Assembly: GCF_036321535.1 (NCBI RefSeq)
Contig: NC_087447.1
Coordinates: 51,028,001 to 51,092,000 of the forward strand
DNA: 64,000 bases
DNA from: Camelus dromedarius
Lineage: Eukaryota
Reading direction: 5' to 3'
Under the pieces are notes generated by a model. The model did no database searches. It had not been told where the DNA came from and was given only the letters and a program-made list of their open reading frames with translations. The stretch's first letter is position 1; each line of letters opens with the position of its first letter. The translations under genes and the position numbers were made by a program. This document shows positions 37,030 through 51,545 of this stretch, piece by piece.

Positions 37030-40000
37030 GGAGGGAATTCTTAGAAGGTGGCAGAGAAGAAAATACCAGGAATCCATCTCCCTACCTACACAGTAACTAC
37101 ACTAGTGAAATGCAACTATTTTGGAACTACTGAGTCTATTGAAGGCTTTTGAGATCCAGGGAAGGTTTGGATGGTAAGTTACAGCTAACTTTGGTCGATT
37201 TCATCACTAGGTATAGTAGCAGTTACAGTACACCAGCCCCTAGCCCCACGGCAGGCAGATGTGCACTTGTTCCTGAAGCAGCTTGCACACAGCTTGTAGA
37301 AGCCAAGGTGGGCCAAAAGGACCCTATCCTTCAAATATCAGGGATCTGTGCTCTAATCACTGATTGGTGCTTCTGATCACGTAGGTGTAGACAAAGTGGA
37401 GGGAAAACATGATTGTTGCACTTCCCCTCATTGCTGCAAACCTCTCCCATCCTCACTGAAATGACTGTCAGGGAATTTAAAGGGCCAGCACGCTTTCCTA
37501 TCCACCTTTTATTTTTCTTTTTCTCCCTGTTTGAGAGCCATACATTATAGACTAGGACATGTAAAAGCAACTGCATACATGAGGAAAATCAGAAAGTGAC
37601 CATGTATAACCAGGGAAAGGAACAGAAAAGACCTGAGAAGACCTTAAGTTTAAACCTCAGAGTCTTAACACAGAGACAGCCAACAAAAACAAATATACAA
37701 ATAAGTAAATAACAAATAGAAGCATACGTTGAGGAAGGAAAGATTCTGATTTCCAGAGTTACCAGATTATTAGATTCAAATATCCATTTTTCAACAAAAA
37801 ATCACAAGGCATACAAAGACACAAGAAAGCATGGCCCATTCAAAGGAAAAATCAACAGAAATTATTCCTGGAAAAGAGCTGTTTGTGGATATGCTAGTCA
37901 AAGACTTGAAAACAACCATCTTTAAAATACTCAAAGAACTAAAGGAAGATGTAAAGTAAAAAAACGTATAAACAAAATGGAAATATTAATGAAGAGACAG
38001 AAAGCTAAAAAAGAAACCAAAAATAATTCTGAAACTGAATAGTACAGTAACTGAAATGAAAATCTGATTATTAGGATTCAAAGGCAGACTTGAGCAGTAG
38101 AATAAAGAATCTGTGAAGTTGAAGACAGGACAATAGAATTTAACCAGTCTGAAGAACAGGAAGAAAAAAAACTTTAAGAAAAGTGAACAGAGAGTAAGAT
38201 ATCTGTGGGACACCAACCAACAAATCAGTATTTGCATTGTTGGAGTTCCAAAAAGAAAGGAGAGAGATAAAGGGACAGAGAGGTTATTTGAAGAAATGAT
38301 GGCTGTAAATTTCCCAAATTTATCAAAGACATGAAAGTTCAATATCCAAGAAAATCAACAAACTCCAAGATGAATTCAAAGAGACTCGTACTGAGACATA
38401 CTATAATAAAACTTTCAAAAGTCAAAGAGAAAAAGAGAATATTGAAAACCCAAGAAAGAAGCAATGTGTCACATACAAGGGATCCTCAGTAACATCACCA
38501 GTGGACTTATAATAAATTTTGGAGGCCAGAGGCAGTGGGTCCACACATTTAAAGTGTTAAAATAAAACATGGTCAACCAAGGATCCTATATTAGCCAGCA
38601 AAACTGTCATTCAAAAGTGAGGAACAAATTAAGACATTCCAGATAAACTAAAGCTTAGGGAGTTCATGGTCACTAGACCTGCCTTGCAAGAAAAGCTCAA
38701 TGGAGTACTGCAAGGTGAAATGAATGGACACTGGACAGTAACTCAAAACTGTATGATGAAATAAAGATCTCAATAAAAGGAAGCATGTGGCAGTTATAAA
38801 ACCTAGTACTACTGTAACAATAGTTTGTAACTGTACTCTTTGTTTTCTACATGATTTAAGAGACTAATACATCTAAAGAAAAAAATAATTGTGAGTCTAA
38901 AAGCTAGTATTATGGTAACTTTGGTTTGCAACCCCGCAAGTTTTTTCTACATGATTTAAAACTAATGCATTTTTACCCTCCTACACTGCTGGTGGGAATG
39001 CAGTTTGGTGCAGCCACTATGGAAAACAGTGTGGAGATTCCTCAAAAGACTAGGAATAGACTTACCATATGACCCAGGAATCCCACTCCTGGGCTTGTAT
39101 CCAGAAGGAACCCTACTGCAGGATGACACCTGCACCCCAATGTTCATAGCAGCACTATTTACAATAGCCAAAACATGGAAACAGCCTAAATGTCCATCAA
39201 CAGGTGACTGGATAAAGAAGAGGTGGTATGTTTATACAATGGAATACTACTCAGCCATAAAAACCAACAACATAATTCCATTTGCAGCAACATGGTTGCT
39301 CCTGGAGAATGTCATTCTAAGTGAAGTAAGCCAGAAAGAGAAAGAAAAATACCATATGAGATCGCTCATATGTGGAATCTAAAAAACAAAAACAAAAACA
39401 AAGCGTAAATACAGGACAGAAATAGACTCATAGACAGAGAATACAGACTTGTGGTTACCAGGGGGGTGGAGGGTGGGAAGGGATAGACTGGGATTTCAAA
39501 ATTGTATAATAGATAAACAAGATAACACTGTATAGCACAGGGAAATATACACAAAATGTTATGATAACTCACAGAGAAAAGAATGTGACAATTAGTGTGT
39601 ATATGTCCATGAATGACTGAAAAATTGTGCTGAACACTGGAATTTGACACAACATTGTAAAATGATTATAAATCAATAAAAAATGTTAAAATAAAATAAA
39701 ATAAAATAAAAATAAATAAATAAATAAAACTAATGCATTTTTAAAAATTACTAGTCTATGTTTTGGGGCACAGAATATATAAAGATGTAATTTTCAGACA
39801 TCAACAACCCAAAAAGATAGGAAGAGCTCTATAAAGGAACAGAATTTTTATATGTTATTGAAGTTAAGCTGGTATAAATTCAAATAAGGGTGTTAAAACT
39901 TCAGGATATTAAATATAATTCCCATGGTAACTACAAAATAGATATAGAATATAAACAAAAGGAAATGAGAAACGGATTTAAATGTTTTACTATAAAAAGT

Positions 40001-41560
40001 CAACTAAACACAAAAGAAAACTGTAATGCAGAAACCAAAGGTACAAGAAAGCTATAAGGCATAAAGGAATTAAAAAATAATAGATGACAGAAATAACAAA
40101 TATTTACAAAAATGACAGAAGTAACAGCATAACAAAATCCCTCCTTGTATGTAATTATTTTAAATGTAAATGAGTCAAACTCTCCAAGCAAAAGGTAGAG
40201 ACAGGCAGAGTGGATAAAACACATGTTTCAATTCAATGTCTATAAGAGATTAACTTTATATGAAAAGACACAGACAGATTACAAGTGAAAGGATGGAAAA
40301 AGATACTCAATGCAAATAGTAAACAAAAAGAGCAGGGGTGGCTATACTGATATCAGATAAAAGAGGATTTATAACAAAAAAGGTTATAAGAGACAAAGAA
40401 AGGCATTATATATTAATAAAAGATTTAATATAGCAATAATATGTAATAATTCTAAACATTTACGTGCCTAATGACAGACCAGTAAAATTGACAAAGCAAA
40501 CACTGACAGAATTGGAGCTGTATAACAACGGTAGGAGATTTTAATATCCCACTCTCAAAAATGAATAGAACAATCAGAAGGTAAGTAGGAAAACAGAAGA
40601 CTTAATCAACACAAGAACTAACTATATCTAATAGATATATATAGAACACTAAACCCAACAATAACAGCATACACATTTTTCTTAATTGCACATTTCCAAA
40701 CAGACCATATGTCAGGCAACAAATTAAGTCTCAATAGATTTAAACAGATTGATACCATACAAAGGGTCTCCTCCAACCACATCAGGATGAAGTTAGAAGC
40801 CAATAACAGAAAGAAAACTGGAAACTTCACATATTTATGGAAATTAACAAACTTTTAAACTACCAATGGATCAAAAAAGAAATTGCAAGGGAAATTACAA
40901 AATATTTGGAGATGAACAAGAATGAAAACACAACATATTAAAACTATTGGCATGCAGTAAAAGTGGTGCTAGGGGGGAAATTTATAGTCATTAATGTTGA
41001 TATTTAAAAAACAAAAAAAAAGATCTCAAGTCAACAACCTAAGTTTACAACATAAGAAATTATAAAAAGAAAAACAAATTGAGCCAACAAAGCAAAAGGA
41101 AGAAAATGATAAAGATTAGAGCAGAATTAAATGAAATTGAGAACAGAAAACCAACAGAGAAACTCAACGAAACAAAAAATTAGTTCTTCAAAAAGTTAAA
41201 CAAAATTGATAAACCTTTAGCCAGAACTACTAATAATAAAAAGAAAAACTCAAATTATTGAAATCAGAAATAACAGCAGGGCTATTACTACCAATTTTAC
41301 CAAAATAAAAAGGATTATAAGAAAGGACTATGAACAGTTGTATCCCAACAAACTGGATGATCTAGATGAAATGGACAAATTCATGGAAACACAAAACCTA
41401 CCTTCTAATCATGAAGAATTAGAAAATGCAAATAGACCTATAATATGTAAGGAGATTGAATCATTAACCAAAAATCTTCTAACAAAGAAAAACTCTGGAC
41501 CCAACGACTTCACTAGTGAATTCCATCACACATTTCAAGAAGAACTAATACCAAACCATT
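37030..41560 (+). mobile_element. L1 5' half (5'UTR, ORF1, ORF2 N-terminal part), decayed
   Basis: ORF1 motifs at ~37900-38720. ORF 41338 YPNKLDDLDEMDKFMETQNLP...SGPNDFTSEFHHTFQEELIP is L1 ORF2. Confidence 0.85.
38976..39725 (+). mobile_element. Young 5'-truncated L1 nested in older L1
   Basis: ORF 39005 [32 protein letters not shown], (AAAAT)n tail, TSD aaaactaatgcattttta at 38958-38975 and 39726-39743. Confidence 0.92.
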
Positions 41561-42223
41561 AAAGATGGCAACATTAAAAAACAGCAGACCTGGCCCCCAA
41601 CAGGGCTGTGACAACCACAGAGCAAACAGGAGGCCCCATTAAACATCCAGTGCAGGCACTGGTCACCACACCAACCACACACCCTATCAAGGGGATAATA
41701 GCCAGCACAAACAGAGGACAGACATAGCAGCCATCAATAGTAAAAACAGTCCTTACAACAAAAATATTAGATACATAGAGACTACACAGGGAGACTCCCA
41801 CATAAAAACAGCCCATCAAGACCACAGTAGATAACTGTTAACCCTAAATTCTTAAGTCAGAGAAATATAGGTAAAAGGAAAAAGAAAGGGAACCATTCCC
41901 AATTAAAAGAACAAGAGAAATCCCCTGAAAGTACAACCAATGAAATACAACTCTCCAGAATATAAGAGTTCGAGTTCAAAAAGGAGACAATAAAAATACT
42001 GAAGAAATTAAGAAAGGCTATCGATAGAAATACAGATTATTGTGAAAAAGAACTAGAAACTATAAAGAGCCACTTGAAATCAGAAAACTCAGTTGCTGAG
42101 ATGAAAGTAGAGCTAAAGGCAACAAATAGCAAACTAAATAATGCAAAAGAATGAATAAGTGACCTGGAAGACAGAATAATGGAAATCACCCAATCAGAAC
42201 AGCAGATAGAAAAAGAAATGAAA

Positions 42224-43347
42224 CCATAAGGAAAATAAAACGACAACCTATGGAATGGGAGAAAATTTTTACAAAAGATGAAACTGACAAAGGCTTGATG
42301 TCCAGAATATACAAGCAGCTCATACGACTTAAGAAAAAAACAAACAACCCAATCCAAAAATGGGCAAAAGACCTAAACAAGCAATTCTCCAAGGAAGAAA
42401 TACAAATGATCAATAGGCACATGAAAAAATGCTCAATATCACTAATTACCAGAGAAATGCAAATCAAAACTACAATGAGGTATCACCTCACACCAGTTAG
42501 AATGGCCATCATTCAAAAGTCCACAAATGATAAATGCTAGAGAGGCTGTGGAGAAAAGAGAACCCTCCTACACTGCTGGTGGAAATGCAGTCTGGTGCAG
42601 CCATTGTGAAAAACAGTATGGAGATTCCTCAAAAGAGTAGGAATAGGCTTATCATATGACCCAGCAATCCCACTCCTGGGCATATATCCAGAAGGAACCC
42701 TACTCCAAAAAGACACCTGCACCCCAATGTTCATAGCAGCACTATTTACAATAGCCAAGCCATGGAAAGAACCTAAATGTCCATGACAGATGACTGGATA
42801 AAGAAGAGGTGGTATATTTATACAATGGAATACTATTCAACCATAAAAATGACAACTTAATGCCATTTGCAGCAACACAGATGTCCTTGGAGAATGCCAT
42901 TCTAAGTGAAGTAAGCCAGAAAGAGAAAGAAAAATACTGTATGATATCACTCATATGTAGAATCTAAAGAAGAAAGAGAAGGAGAAGGAGAAAGAGAAGA
43001 AGAAGACAAATGAATTTAAACATGAAACAGAAACAGACTCACAGACATAGAATACAAACTTTTGGTTGCCAGTGGGGAGGGGGGTAAGAAGGGACAGACT
43101 GGGAGTTCAAAATCTGTAGATACGGACAGGTATATATAGAATAGATAATCAAGTTTATACTGTATAGCACAGGGAAATATATACAAGATCTTGTGGTAGC
43201 TCACAGTGAAAACAAATGTGACAATGAATATATGTATGTTCATGTATGACTGAAAAGTTGTGCTCTGCAATGGAAACTGACACAACATTGTAAACTGACT
43301 ATAACTCAATAAAATAAAATTTTTAAAAAGAGATGTAAAAAAAAAAA
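42224..43347 (+). mobile_element. Young 5'-truncated L1 inserted in ORF1 of another L1
   Basis: ORF 42250 [35 protein letters not shown] agaaaaagaaatgaaa on both sides. Confidence 0.88.
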
Positions 43348-45898
43348 AGAAAAAGAAATGAAAAAAAAAGAAAGGAATATAAGAGACTTAAGGGATAATA
43401 TAAAGCATGACTATCTATGCATAATAGGGGTTCCAGAAGGAGAAGAAAGAGAAAGGAGGATAGAAAATGTATTTGAAGAAATTAAGCTGAAAACTTCCCA
43501 AACCTAAAGAAGAAAACAGATATCCAAGTACAGGAAGGACAGAAGGTCCCAAACAAGATGAACCTAAACAAACCTACACCAGCACATATTATTATTAAAA
43601 TGGCAAAAGTTAAAGAGAAATTTCTAAAGGCAACAAGATTAAAACAAAGAATATATTACAAAGGAACCCCCATAATGCTATCAGCTGATTTCCCTACAGA
43701 AATGTCGCAGCCCAGAAAGGAGTGACAAAATATATTCAAAGTCCTGAAAGAGGAAAACCTGCAACTTAGGATACTCTATCCAGCAAGATTACCATTTAGA
43801 ACAGAAGAAGAGAGAAAGAATTTCTCAGACAAGCAAAAACTAAAAGAATACAGCAATACTAAAAACTATCCTAAAAGAAACATTGATTTTCCCTAAATAG
43901 AAAAGAAATCCAGCAATGTAGAGAAAAAAGAAAATCACTATAGGAAATGTGATAATAACTATAATAAACAGCAAATAATAAACACTAAGATGTAAAAGAG
44001 GACATCAAAATCATACAATGTTAGGGAGGGGAGTAAGAAAATTAGATTTTTTTCTTTTTTTTTTTTAAGAATGTGTTTCAGCTTATATAATTACCAGTCT
44101 AAAGTAAGTATATATAGTAATGGTTTAACATACTCGAAAAACAGGGTAACCATAAGTCAAAAACACAATAGAGTCACAAAAACCAAAAAGAAAAGAACTC
44201 AAGCAAAATACAAAATAAAATCAACAAGGTAAAAAAAAGGAAAAAACAAAAACAAAAAGAAAGAAACAGAAAAAATACAAAATCCCCTGGAAAACAAGGT
44301 TTAAAATGGCAATAAATACATATCTATCCATAATTACGTTAAATGTCAATGGACTAAACACTCCAATCAAAAGACATATAATGGGAGACAGGGTAATAAA
44401 ACAAGAGCCTCAAAATGCTGCCTTCATGAGACCTACTTTAGGACAAAGAATACACATAGATTGAAAGTGAGGGGATAGAAAATGATATTTCATGCAAATG
44501 GAAATGACAAGATAGCAGGGGTTGCAAAACTCGTAACAGAGAAAACAGACTTTAAAACAAAGGCCATAAAGAAAGATAAAGAAAGACACTATATAATAAT
44601 TAAAGGATAGATGCAAGTAGAGGATATTTTACTTGGTAACATATATGTACCCAATATAGGAGCATTTAAATGCATAAAACAAATACTGACAGACATAAAG
44701 GGAGAAATTGACAGGGATACAGTAATAGCAGGAGACCTTAACACTCCACTAACATCATTGGACAGATCTTCCACACAGAAAGGTAACAGAGATACTAAAT
44801 GATACAACAGAACAGTTAGACTTAATTGATATCTTCAGGACATTACAACCAAAAAACAGAACATACATTCTTTTCAAGTGCACATGTAACATTCTTTAGG
44901 ACAGACCACATACTCAGACACAAAACAAGCCTCAACAAATTTAAGAGGATAGAAATTATTTCAAGCATCTTTTCTGACCACAGTGGCATGAAACTAGAAA
45001 TCAAACACAGAAAAAGAAAAAAAGACTGAAGACTAATCAGCATGCTACTAAAAAACCAATGGGCCAATGACGAAATCAAAGAGGAAATTTTAAAATACCT
45101 TGAGACAAATGACAATGAAAACACAACTACACAAAATCTATGAAATGCAGCAAAAGCAGTCCTAAGAGGAAAGTTCATAGCGATACAGGCTTTCCTCAAA
45201 AAACAAGGACAATCTCAAACAGACAACATAATCTACCACCTAAAAGAATTAGAAAAAGAAGAACAAACAAAACCTAAAGTCATCAGAAGAAAGAAAATAA
45301 TAAGCATCAGGAATGAAATAAATAAGAGATTTAAAAAACACTAGGAAAAAAATCAATAAAACCAGTAGTTGGTTTTTTGAAAGAGTAAACAAAATCAACA
45401 AACCTCTGGCCAGGCTCACCAAGAAGAAACAAGAGAGGACATAAATAAACAAACATTAAGAAGTGAAAGAGGAGAAATTACAACCAATATCACAGAAATT
45501 AAAAAAAAATAAGAGTAAACTATGAACAATTATATATCAACAAATTGGACAACCTAGAAAAAATGGACAAGTTTCTAGAAACATACAGTCTACCAAAACT
45601 GAATCAAGAAGAAACAGGTAATTTGAACAGACTGATCACTAGAAGTGAAATAGACTCAGTAATTTAAAAATAAAAACAAACAAACAAAAAAACTCCCTGC
45701 AAACATAAGTCCAATACTGGATGGCTTTACTGAGGAATTCTACCAAGAGTACAAGGAAGAACTTATACCAGTCCTTCTCAAACTCTTCCAAAAGACTGAA
45801 GAATAGGTGACACTCCCAAACTCATTCTGTGAAGCACCATCACCCTGATACCAAAACCAGACAGAGACATTACCAAAAAAGAAAACTGCAGGCCAATA

Positions 45899-46151
45899 CA
45901 TTTTTTTAAAAAACATTTTTTTGAGTTATAGTCATTTTACAATGTTGTGTCAAATTCCAGTGTAGAGCACAATTTTTCAATTATACATGAACATACATAT
46001 ATTCATTGTCACACTTTTTTCACTGTGAGATACCACAAGATCTTGTATATATTTCCCTGTGCTATACAGTATAATCTTGTTTATCTATTCTGCATATGCC
46101 TGTCCATTTCTACAAATTTTGAAATCCCAGTCTGTCCCTTCCCACCCTCCA
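45899..46151 (-). mobile_element. Short antisense L1 3' tail inserted in ORF2
   Basis: Reverse complement of the young L1 terminus. TSD aggcca(a/g)ta at ~45890 and ~46152. Confidence 0.85.
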
Positions 46152-49100
46152 AGGCCAGTATCTTTGATGAATATAGATACAAAAATTCTAAGCAAAATAT
46201 CAGTAAACCAAATCCAACAACACATAAAAAGATCATACACTACAATCAAGTTTGATTCATCCCAGGGACACAAGGATGGTTTACCAGAAGCAAATCAGTC
46301 AATGTGCTACACCACATCAACAAAAGAAAAAATGAAAATGACATGATCATCTCAACAGATGCAGAAAAATCATTTGATAAAATTCAGTATCCATTCATGA
46401 TAAAAAAAATCCTTTTACCAAAGTGGGCATAGAGGGAATATATCTTAACATAATAAAAGCTATTTATGATAAACCCACAGCCAACATAATACTCAACAGT
46501 GAAAAACTGAAAGCTTTCCTGCTAAAATCTGAAACAAGACAAGGATGCCCACTCTTAAAACTTCTATTCAACATAGTACTGGAAGTCCTAGCCACCTTCT
46601 ATTCAACATAATATTGGGAGTCCTAGCCACAGCAATCAGACAAGAAAAAGAAAAGGAAATCAAATCAGAAGTGAAGAGGTAAAATTGTCACTGTATACAG
46701 ATGACATACTATATATAGAAACCCCTAAATATCCACACAAAAACTAAAAGAGCTGATAAATGAATTCAGCAAGGTAGCAGGATACAAGATTAACATACAG
46801 AAATCTGTTACATTTATTTACACTAATAATGAAACATCAGAAAAGGAAAGTAAAAAAACAACCCCTTTTTAAATCTCATTTAAAAATACTTAGGAATAAA
46901 CTTGAAAAGTGAGGTGAAAGATTTATATGCAGAGAACTATAAAACATTAAGGATATTAAAGATGATTTAAACAAACAGAAGATATCTCATGCTTTTGGAT
47001 TGGAAGAATAAATATTGTTAAAATACCCATAATACCCAAAGCAATTTACAGATTTAATAAGATCCCTATCAAATTACCCAGAAAATTTGTCACAGAACTA
47101 GAACAAAGAACCCTAAAATTTATATGGAATCACAAAAGACCCACAATTGCCAGACTAATACTGAAGAAAAAGAACAAAGCTGGAGGCATAAGTCTCCCAG
47201 GCTTCAGACAATTCTACAAAGCTACTGTAATCAAACGTGTGGAATTGGCACAAAAATAGACATATGGATCAATGAAACAGAACAGACAGCCCCAAAATAA
47301 ACCCATACACCTATGGGCTATTAATCTTAAACAAAGGAAGCAAGAATATACAATGGAGAAAAGATAGCCTCTTTGGTAAGTACCTTAGGAAAGTTGTACA
47401 GTATATCAATGAAGTTAGAACACACTCTCACACCATACACAAAAATAAACTCAAAATAGCTTAAAGACTTAAATATAAGACAAGACACCATAAATCTCCT
47501 AGAAGAAAACATAGGCAAAACATTCTCTGAGATAAATCATTGCAGTGTTCTCCTAGGCCAGACTACCATGGCAATAGAAATTAAAGGAAAAATAAACAAA
47601 TGGGACCTAATAAAACTTATAGGCTTTTGCACAGCAAAGGAAGCTATAAACAAAACAAAAAGATACCCTACAGAATGGGACAAAATATTGTTCAAATGAT
47701 GCAACTGACAAGGGCTTAATTTCCAGAACATATAAACAGCTCAAACAGCTTAATAACCCCCCCAAAAATCAAAAATTGGGCAGAAGACGTGAACAAACAT
47801 TTTTCCAATGAAGATATACAAATGGCCAAAAGGCACATGAAAAGATGCTCAGTATCACTAATTATCAGAGAAATGCAACTCAAAACTACAATGACGTATC
47901 ACCTCACACAAGTCAGAATGGCAATCATTAAAAAGTCCACAACAATAAGTGCTGAAAAAGGTGTGGAGCAAAGGGAACCTTCCTATACTGTTGGTGGGAA
48001 TGTAATTTGGTGCAGTCATTATGGAAAACAGTATGGAAATCCCTTAAAAACTAAAAATAGACTTACCATGTGATCCAGCAGTCCTACTCCTAGGCATATA
48101 TCTGAAGGAAACTCTAATTCAAAAAGATACATGCACCCCAGTGTTCATTCCAGCACTATTTACAATAGCCAAGACATAAGCAGCCTAAATGTCCATCAAC
48201 AGATGACTGGATAAAGAAGTTGTGATACATACACACATACGCAGACACATACACACAATGGAATACTACTCAGCCATAAAAAGAATGAAATAATGCCATT
48301 TGCAGCAACATGGTTGGATCTGGAGAATATCATTCTAAGTGAAGTAAGACAGAAAGAGACAAATACCATATAATGTCATTTATATGTAGAATCTAAAAAA
48401 GATGACACAAATGAACTTAGTTGCAAAATAGAAATAGACTCACAGACATAGAAAAGAAACTTATGGTTACCAGTGGAGAAAAGGCGGAAAGGGATAAACT
48501 GGCAGTTTGGGATATGCGGATACTAACTACTATACATAAAATAGATAAGCAGATAAACAAGATCCTATTGTATAGCACAGGGAACTATATTCAATATCTT
48601 GTATAAATAAGCATATATATTTAACTGAATCACTGTACACCAGAGATGAACACAACATTGCAAATTGATTATACTTCAATAAAATATTTTAAAGTCTTAT
48701 GTTCACATGAAAACCTGTACATAACTGTTCATAACAGATTTATTTATAACAGCTCATAAACAGAAACAATCTCCTTAAGTTAGTAAATGATTAAAGATTA
48801 GTACACCCATACAATTTGGAATACTACTCAGCAACAAGAAAGAACAAACTACTGATGCATACAACAACCTGGATGAGTCTCAAAGGGAATTACACTGAGT
48901 GAAAAAAAGCCAATCACAGTAAGCTACATACTCTATGATTCTATATGTAACATTTTCAAAATGACAAAATAATAAAAAGAGGAGTTAGGGTTTGAGATGA
49001 GTAGAAACAGATGGAAGGAAGGGGAGTGTGGTTACCAAAGGGCAACAAAAGGAATAATTCTGCTGATTAAACTAGTTTATGTCTTGGTTGTGGCATTGGA

Positions 49101-49549
49101 TCCACAAACCTACACATGTAATAAAGCTGCACAGAACTATATATACAAAACATACACAAAATGAATATAAGTAAAACTGGGGAAATTGAAATAAGATTGG
49201 TGGATTGTATCAATGTCAATAGCTCGGTTTTGATACCATATTAAAGTTTTGCAAGTTTTACCATAGGAGTAAACTGGATAAAAGGTACACAGGATCATTT
49301 TGTATTATTTCTTACAGGTTAACATGCAATTATCTCAAAATAAAAAGTTTAATTTAAAAAATACTATTGACTATTTTTTAAAATGTAATAAAGTGTACTC
49401 TAGGGTTTAAAATAAAGGCATTATTTATAACAATAAGCACAAAGGGCAGCAGGTAGTAAATGGAATTATGCTGTCTTAAGATTTTAGTATTCTGTACTGT
49501 AGGATAATTAAATTCAAGGTGGACTGAAATAAGCTAAGGATACTTTTTT

Positions 49550-49682
49550 ATTTTTTTTTTATTTTCTAACATCTTTTATTATTGAGTTACAGTCATTTTA
49601 CAATGTTGTGTCAAATACCAGTGTAGAGCACAATTTTTAAATTATACATGAACATACATATATTAATTGTCACATTTTAGCG
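49550..49682 (-). mobile_element. ~130-bp L1 3' tail
   Basis: Young L1 terminus in antisense. TSD aaggatactttt at ~49536 and ~49683. Confidence 0.85.
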
Positions 49683-49699
49683 AAGGATACTTTTTATAA

Positions 49700-51545
49700 T
49701 CTCTATAGGAACCTGTAAAAAATAATTCAGAAATGTATAAACAGCCAGTAGAAGAGATAGGAATACTAAAAAAAATAATCAATTAACTAAAAAAATAAAA
49801 GGCAGGAAAAAAATAACCAAAATAACCCACTATAATAAAGAGGACGAAAAGAAAAAATATGATATAACGTAAACACAAGTATATCAATTGGTAAACTAAA
49901 TATTAATAGGCTAAACATTCCCACTAAAAGACAAACATAGTCCTAATAAATATCAAAGTAAGATCCAGTAACATTCTGTTCAGAAAAGATGTACTTTAAA
50001 GATGCAAAGTAGTTGAAAGACAAAGGACAAAAAAAGAAATATTGCACAAACACTAATTATAAGAAAGCCAATGTGCAATATTAATAAAAGTAATCTTTAG
50101 ACAAGAATTATAACCAGAGACAATGGACATTTCATAATGAAAGGGTGGATTAACCAAGAAGACCTAAAAATTCTAAATGTAAATGCACGTAAAAAACGTG
50201 TTTAAAATAAAGGAAGCCAAACAACTACAACAATAACAATAACAACAACAGAGCTAAAGGGAGAAATGCACAAATCAATAATCATAGTTTGAGATATTAA
50301 CACCTCTTTCTCCATAATTAACTAGATGAGGTATAAGGAGCCCTTAATTTCTCTCTGACTGGGGAGGCTGCTCCCAGCACTAAGAATACAAAAGACGTGG
50401 TCTAATCTCCTTGTTAATATGACATTTTTCTAAATAGAATAGTAATATTTCCTAGGAAGAGAGGCCTTATAAATAGAACATGTTTTTTTAAAGGATGTTC
50501 CTGGTTGAGTATTTCATTATTATATATTTTGTAAATAAATACAGAATGAGAGTTTTTAAGGCAGGGGTCCCTGGAGAAGGTCACATAAGCTATACAACTC
50601 TCTGGGAGTAGTAAATGGAGAGGTTTTGTAACTCAAAAGCTCCCCTTTAAATGAATAACCTTGCAAAAACTCACTTGTAGGCCTTGTCTATTACTGTGAG
50701 CCTTAGAATATGTGTCCAATAAAGGAAGAAACCTGCAAAGCTGAAATCCATGTCTCTGAGCTCTCCTTTTTTGTCTGATCTGCTTGATTTTCTGCTGTAT
50801 CTTTGAAATTAATAAAGCATCACAGTAGGTAAGTTCTATGATGTATGTGAGTTTGATCTGCAACATAATGCTTTGTGTTAACTCAATAGAAAAAGCAGGG
50901 GAAAAATACAGTATAAAATGTTGAAAAAAACCATCAACCAATTTAAACTAACTGATATCTATAGAATACGACACTCAACAAGTAAAGACAGCTCATCATT
51001 TTCAGGTGTACATGGAAAGTTCACCAAGATAAATAATATAGTAGTCCATAAGACAAGTTTAAATACATTTAAAGTATTGAAATTATACAGAGTTGTTCTC
51101 TGGTCACAATGAATTTAAATCAGAAGTCAGTAACACTAAAGGTAGATGGAAAATCCTCAAATCTAAATAATCCATGAATCAAGTGGGAAATAAGAACATT
51201 TTTTAATGTTTTAAATTGGATGATAAGACAGTATGTCAAAATCATTTGTGGAATGCTACTAAAGCAATGCTTGCAGGAAAATTTATAGCTTTAAATGTTT
51301 ATGTTAGAAAAGAAGACCTAGAATCAATCACCTAATTTTCTATCTCAAGAAAAGCAAATTACACATAAAGGAAATAGAAGAAAATAATAAAGATAAGAAA
51401 AGTCAATGAAATAGGAAAGCAAACGTGCAACAGGATAAAGCTACAAAGCCAAAATTTGGTGTTGTGAAATGGTTAATAAAATTCACAAACTCCTAGGAAG
51501 ACTGACCAAGAAAAAGAGAGAAAATAAAAATTTCCAGTGCCAAAA
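49700..51545 (+). mobile_element. Old L1 ORF2 (endonuclease) remnants, interrupted by an LTR
   Basis: ORF 50918 TINQFKLTDIYR...SSFSGVHGKFTKINNIVVHKTSLNTFK. Confidence 0.7.
50327..50885 (+). mobile_element. Solo LTR of an endogenous retrovirus
   Basis: TG...CA ends (tgag...ctca inverted), 5-bp TSD ctaga/ataga, AATAAA at ~50811. The host L1 continues on both sides. Confidence 0.72.

Larger units (their letters stand above)
41561..48690 (+). mobile_element. Near full-length but inactive L1 (partial 5'UTR, ORF1, ORF2 from ATG ~44306, 3'UTR)
   Basis: Endonuclease start MAINTYLSIITLNVNGLNTPIKR, RT motifs TRQGCPL and LYTDD (~46691), C-terminal [15 protein letters not shown]. Many stops and frameshifts. 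Confidence 0.9.
36230..49360 (+). mobile_element. Old L1 (L1MC/MD-like 3' region) split by an 11.7-kb composite L1 insertion
   Basis: The host L1 stops at cttatgttcaca (~37029) and resumes at cttatgttcaca (~48696). Confidence 0.75.

Noticed and set aside
44306..48073. Active L1 ORF2 or domesticated reverse transcriptase
   Set aside because: Numerous stops, frameshifts and a nested insertion.
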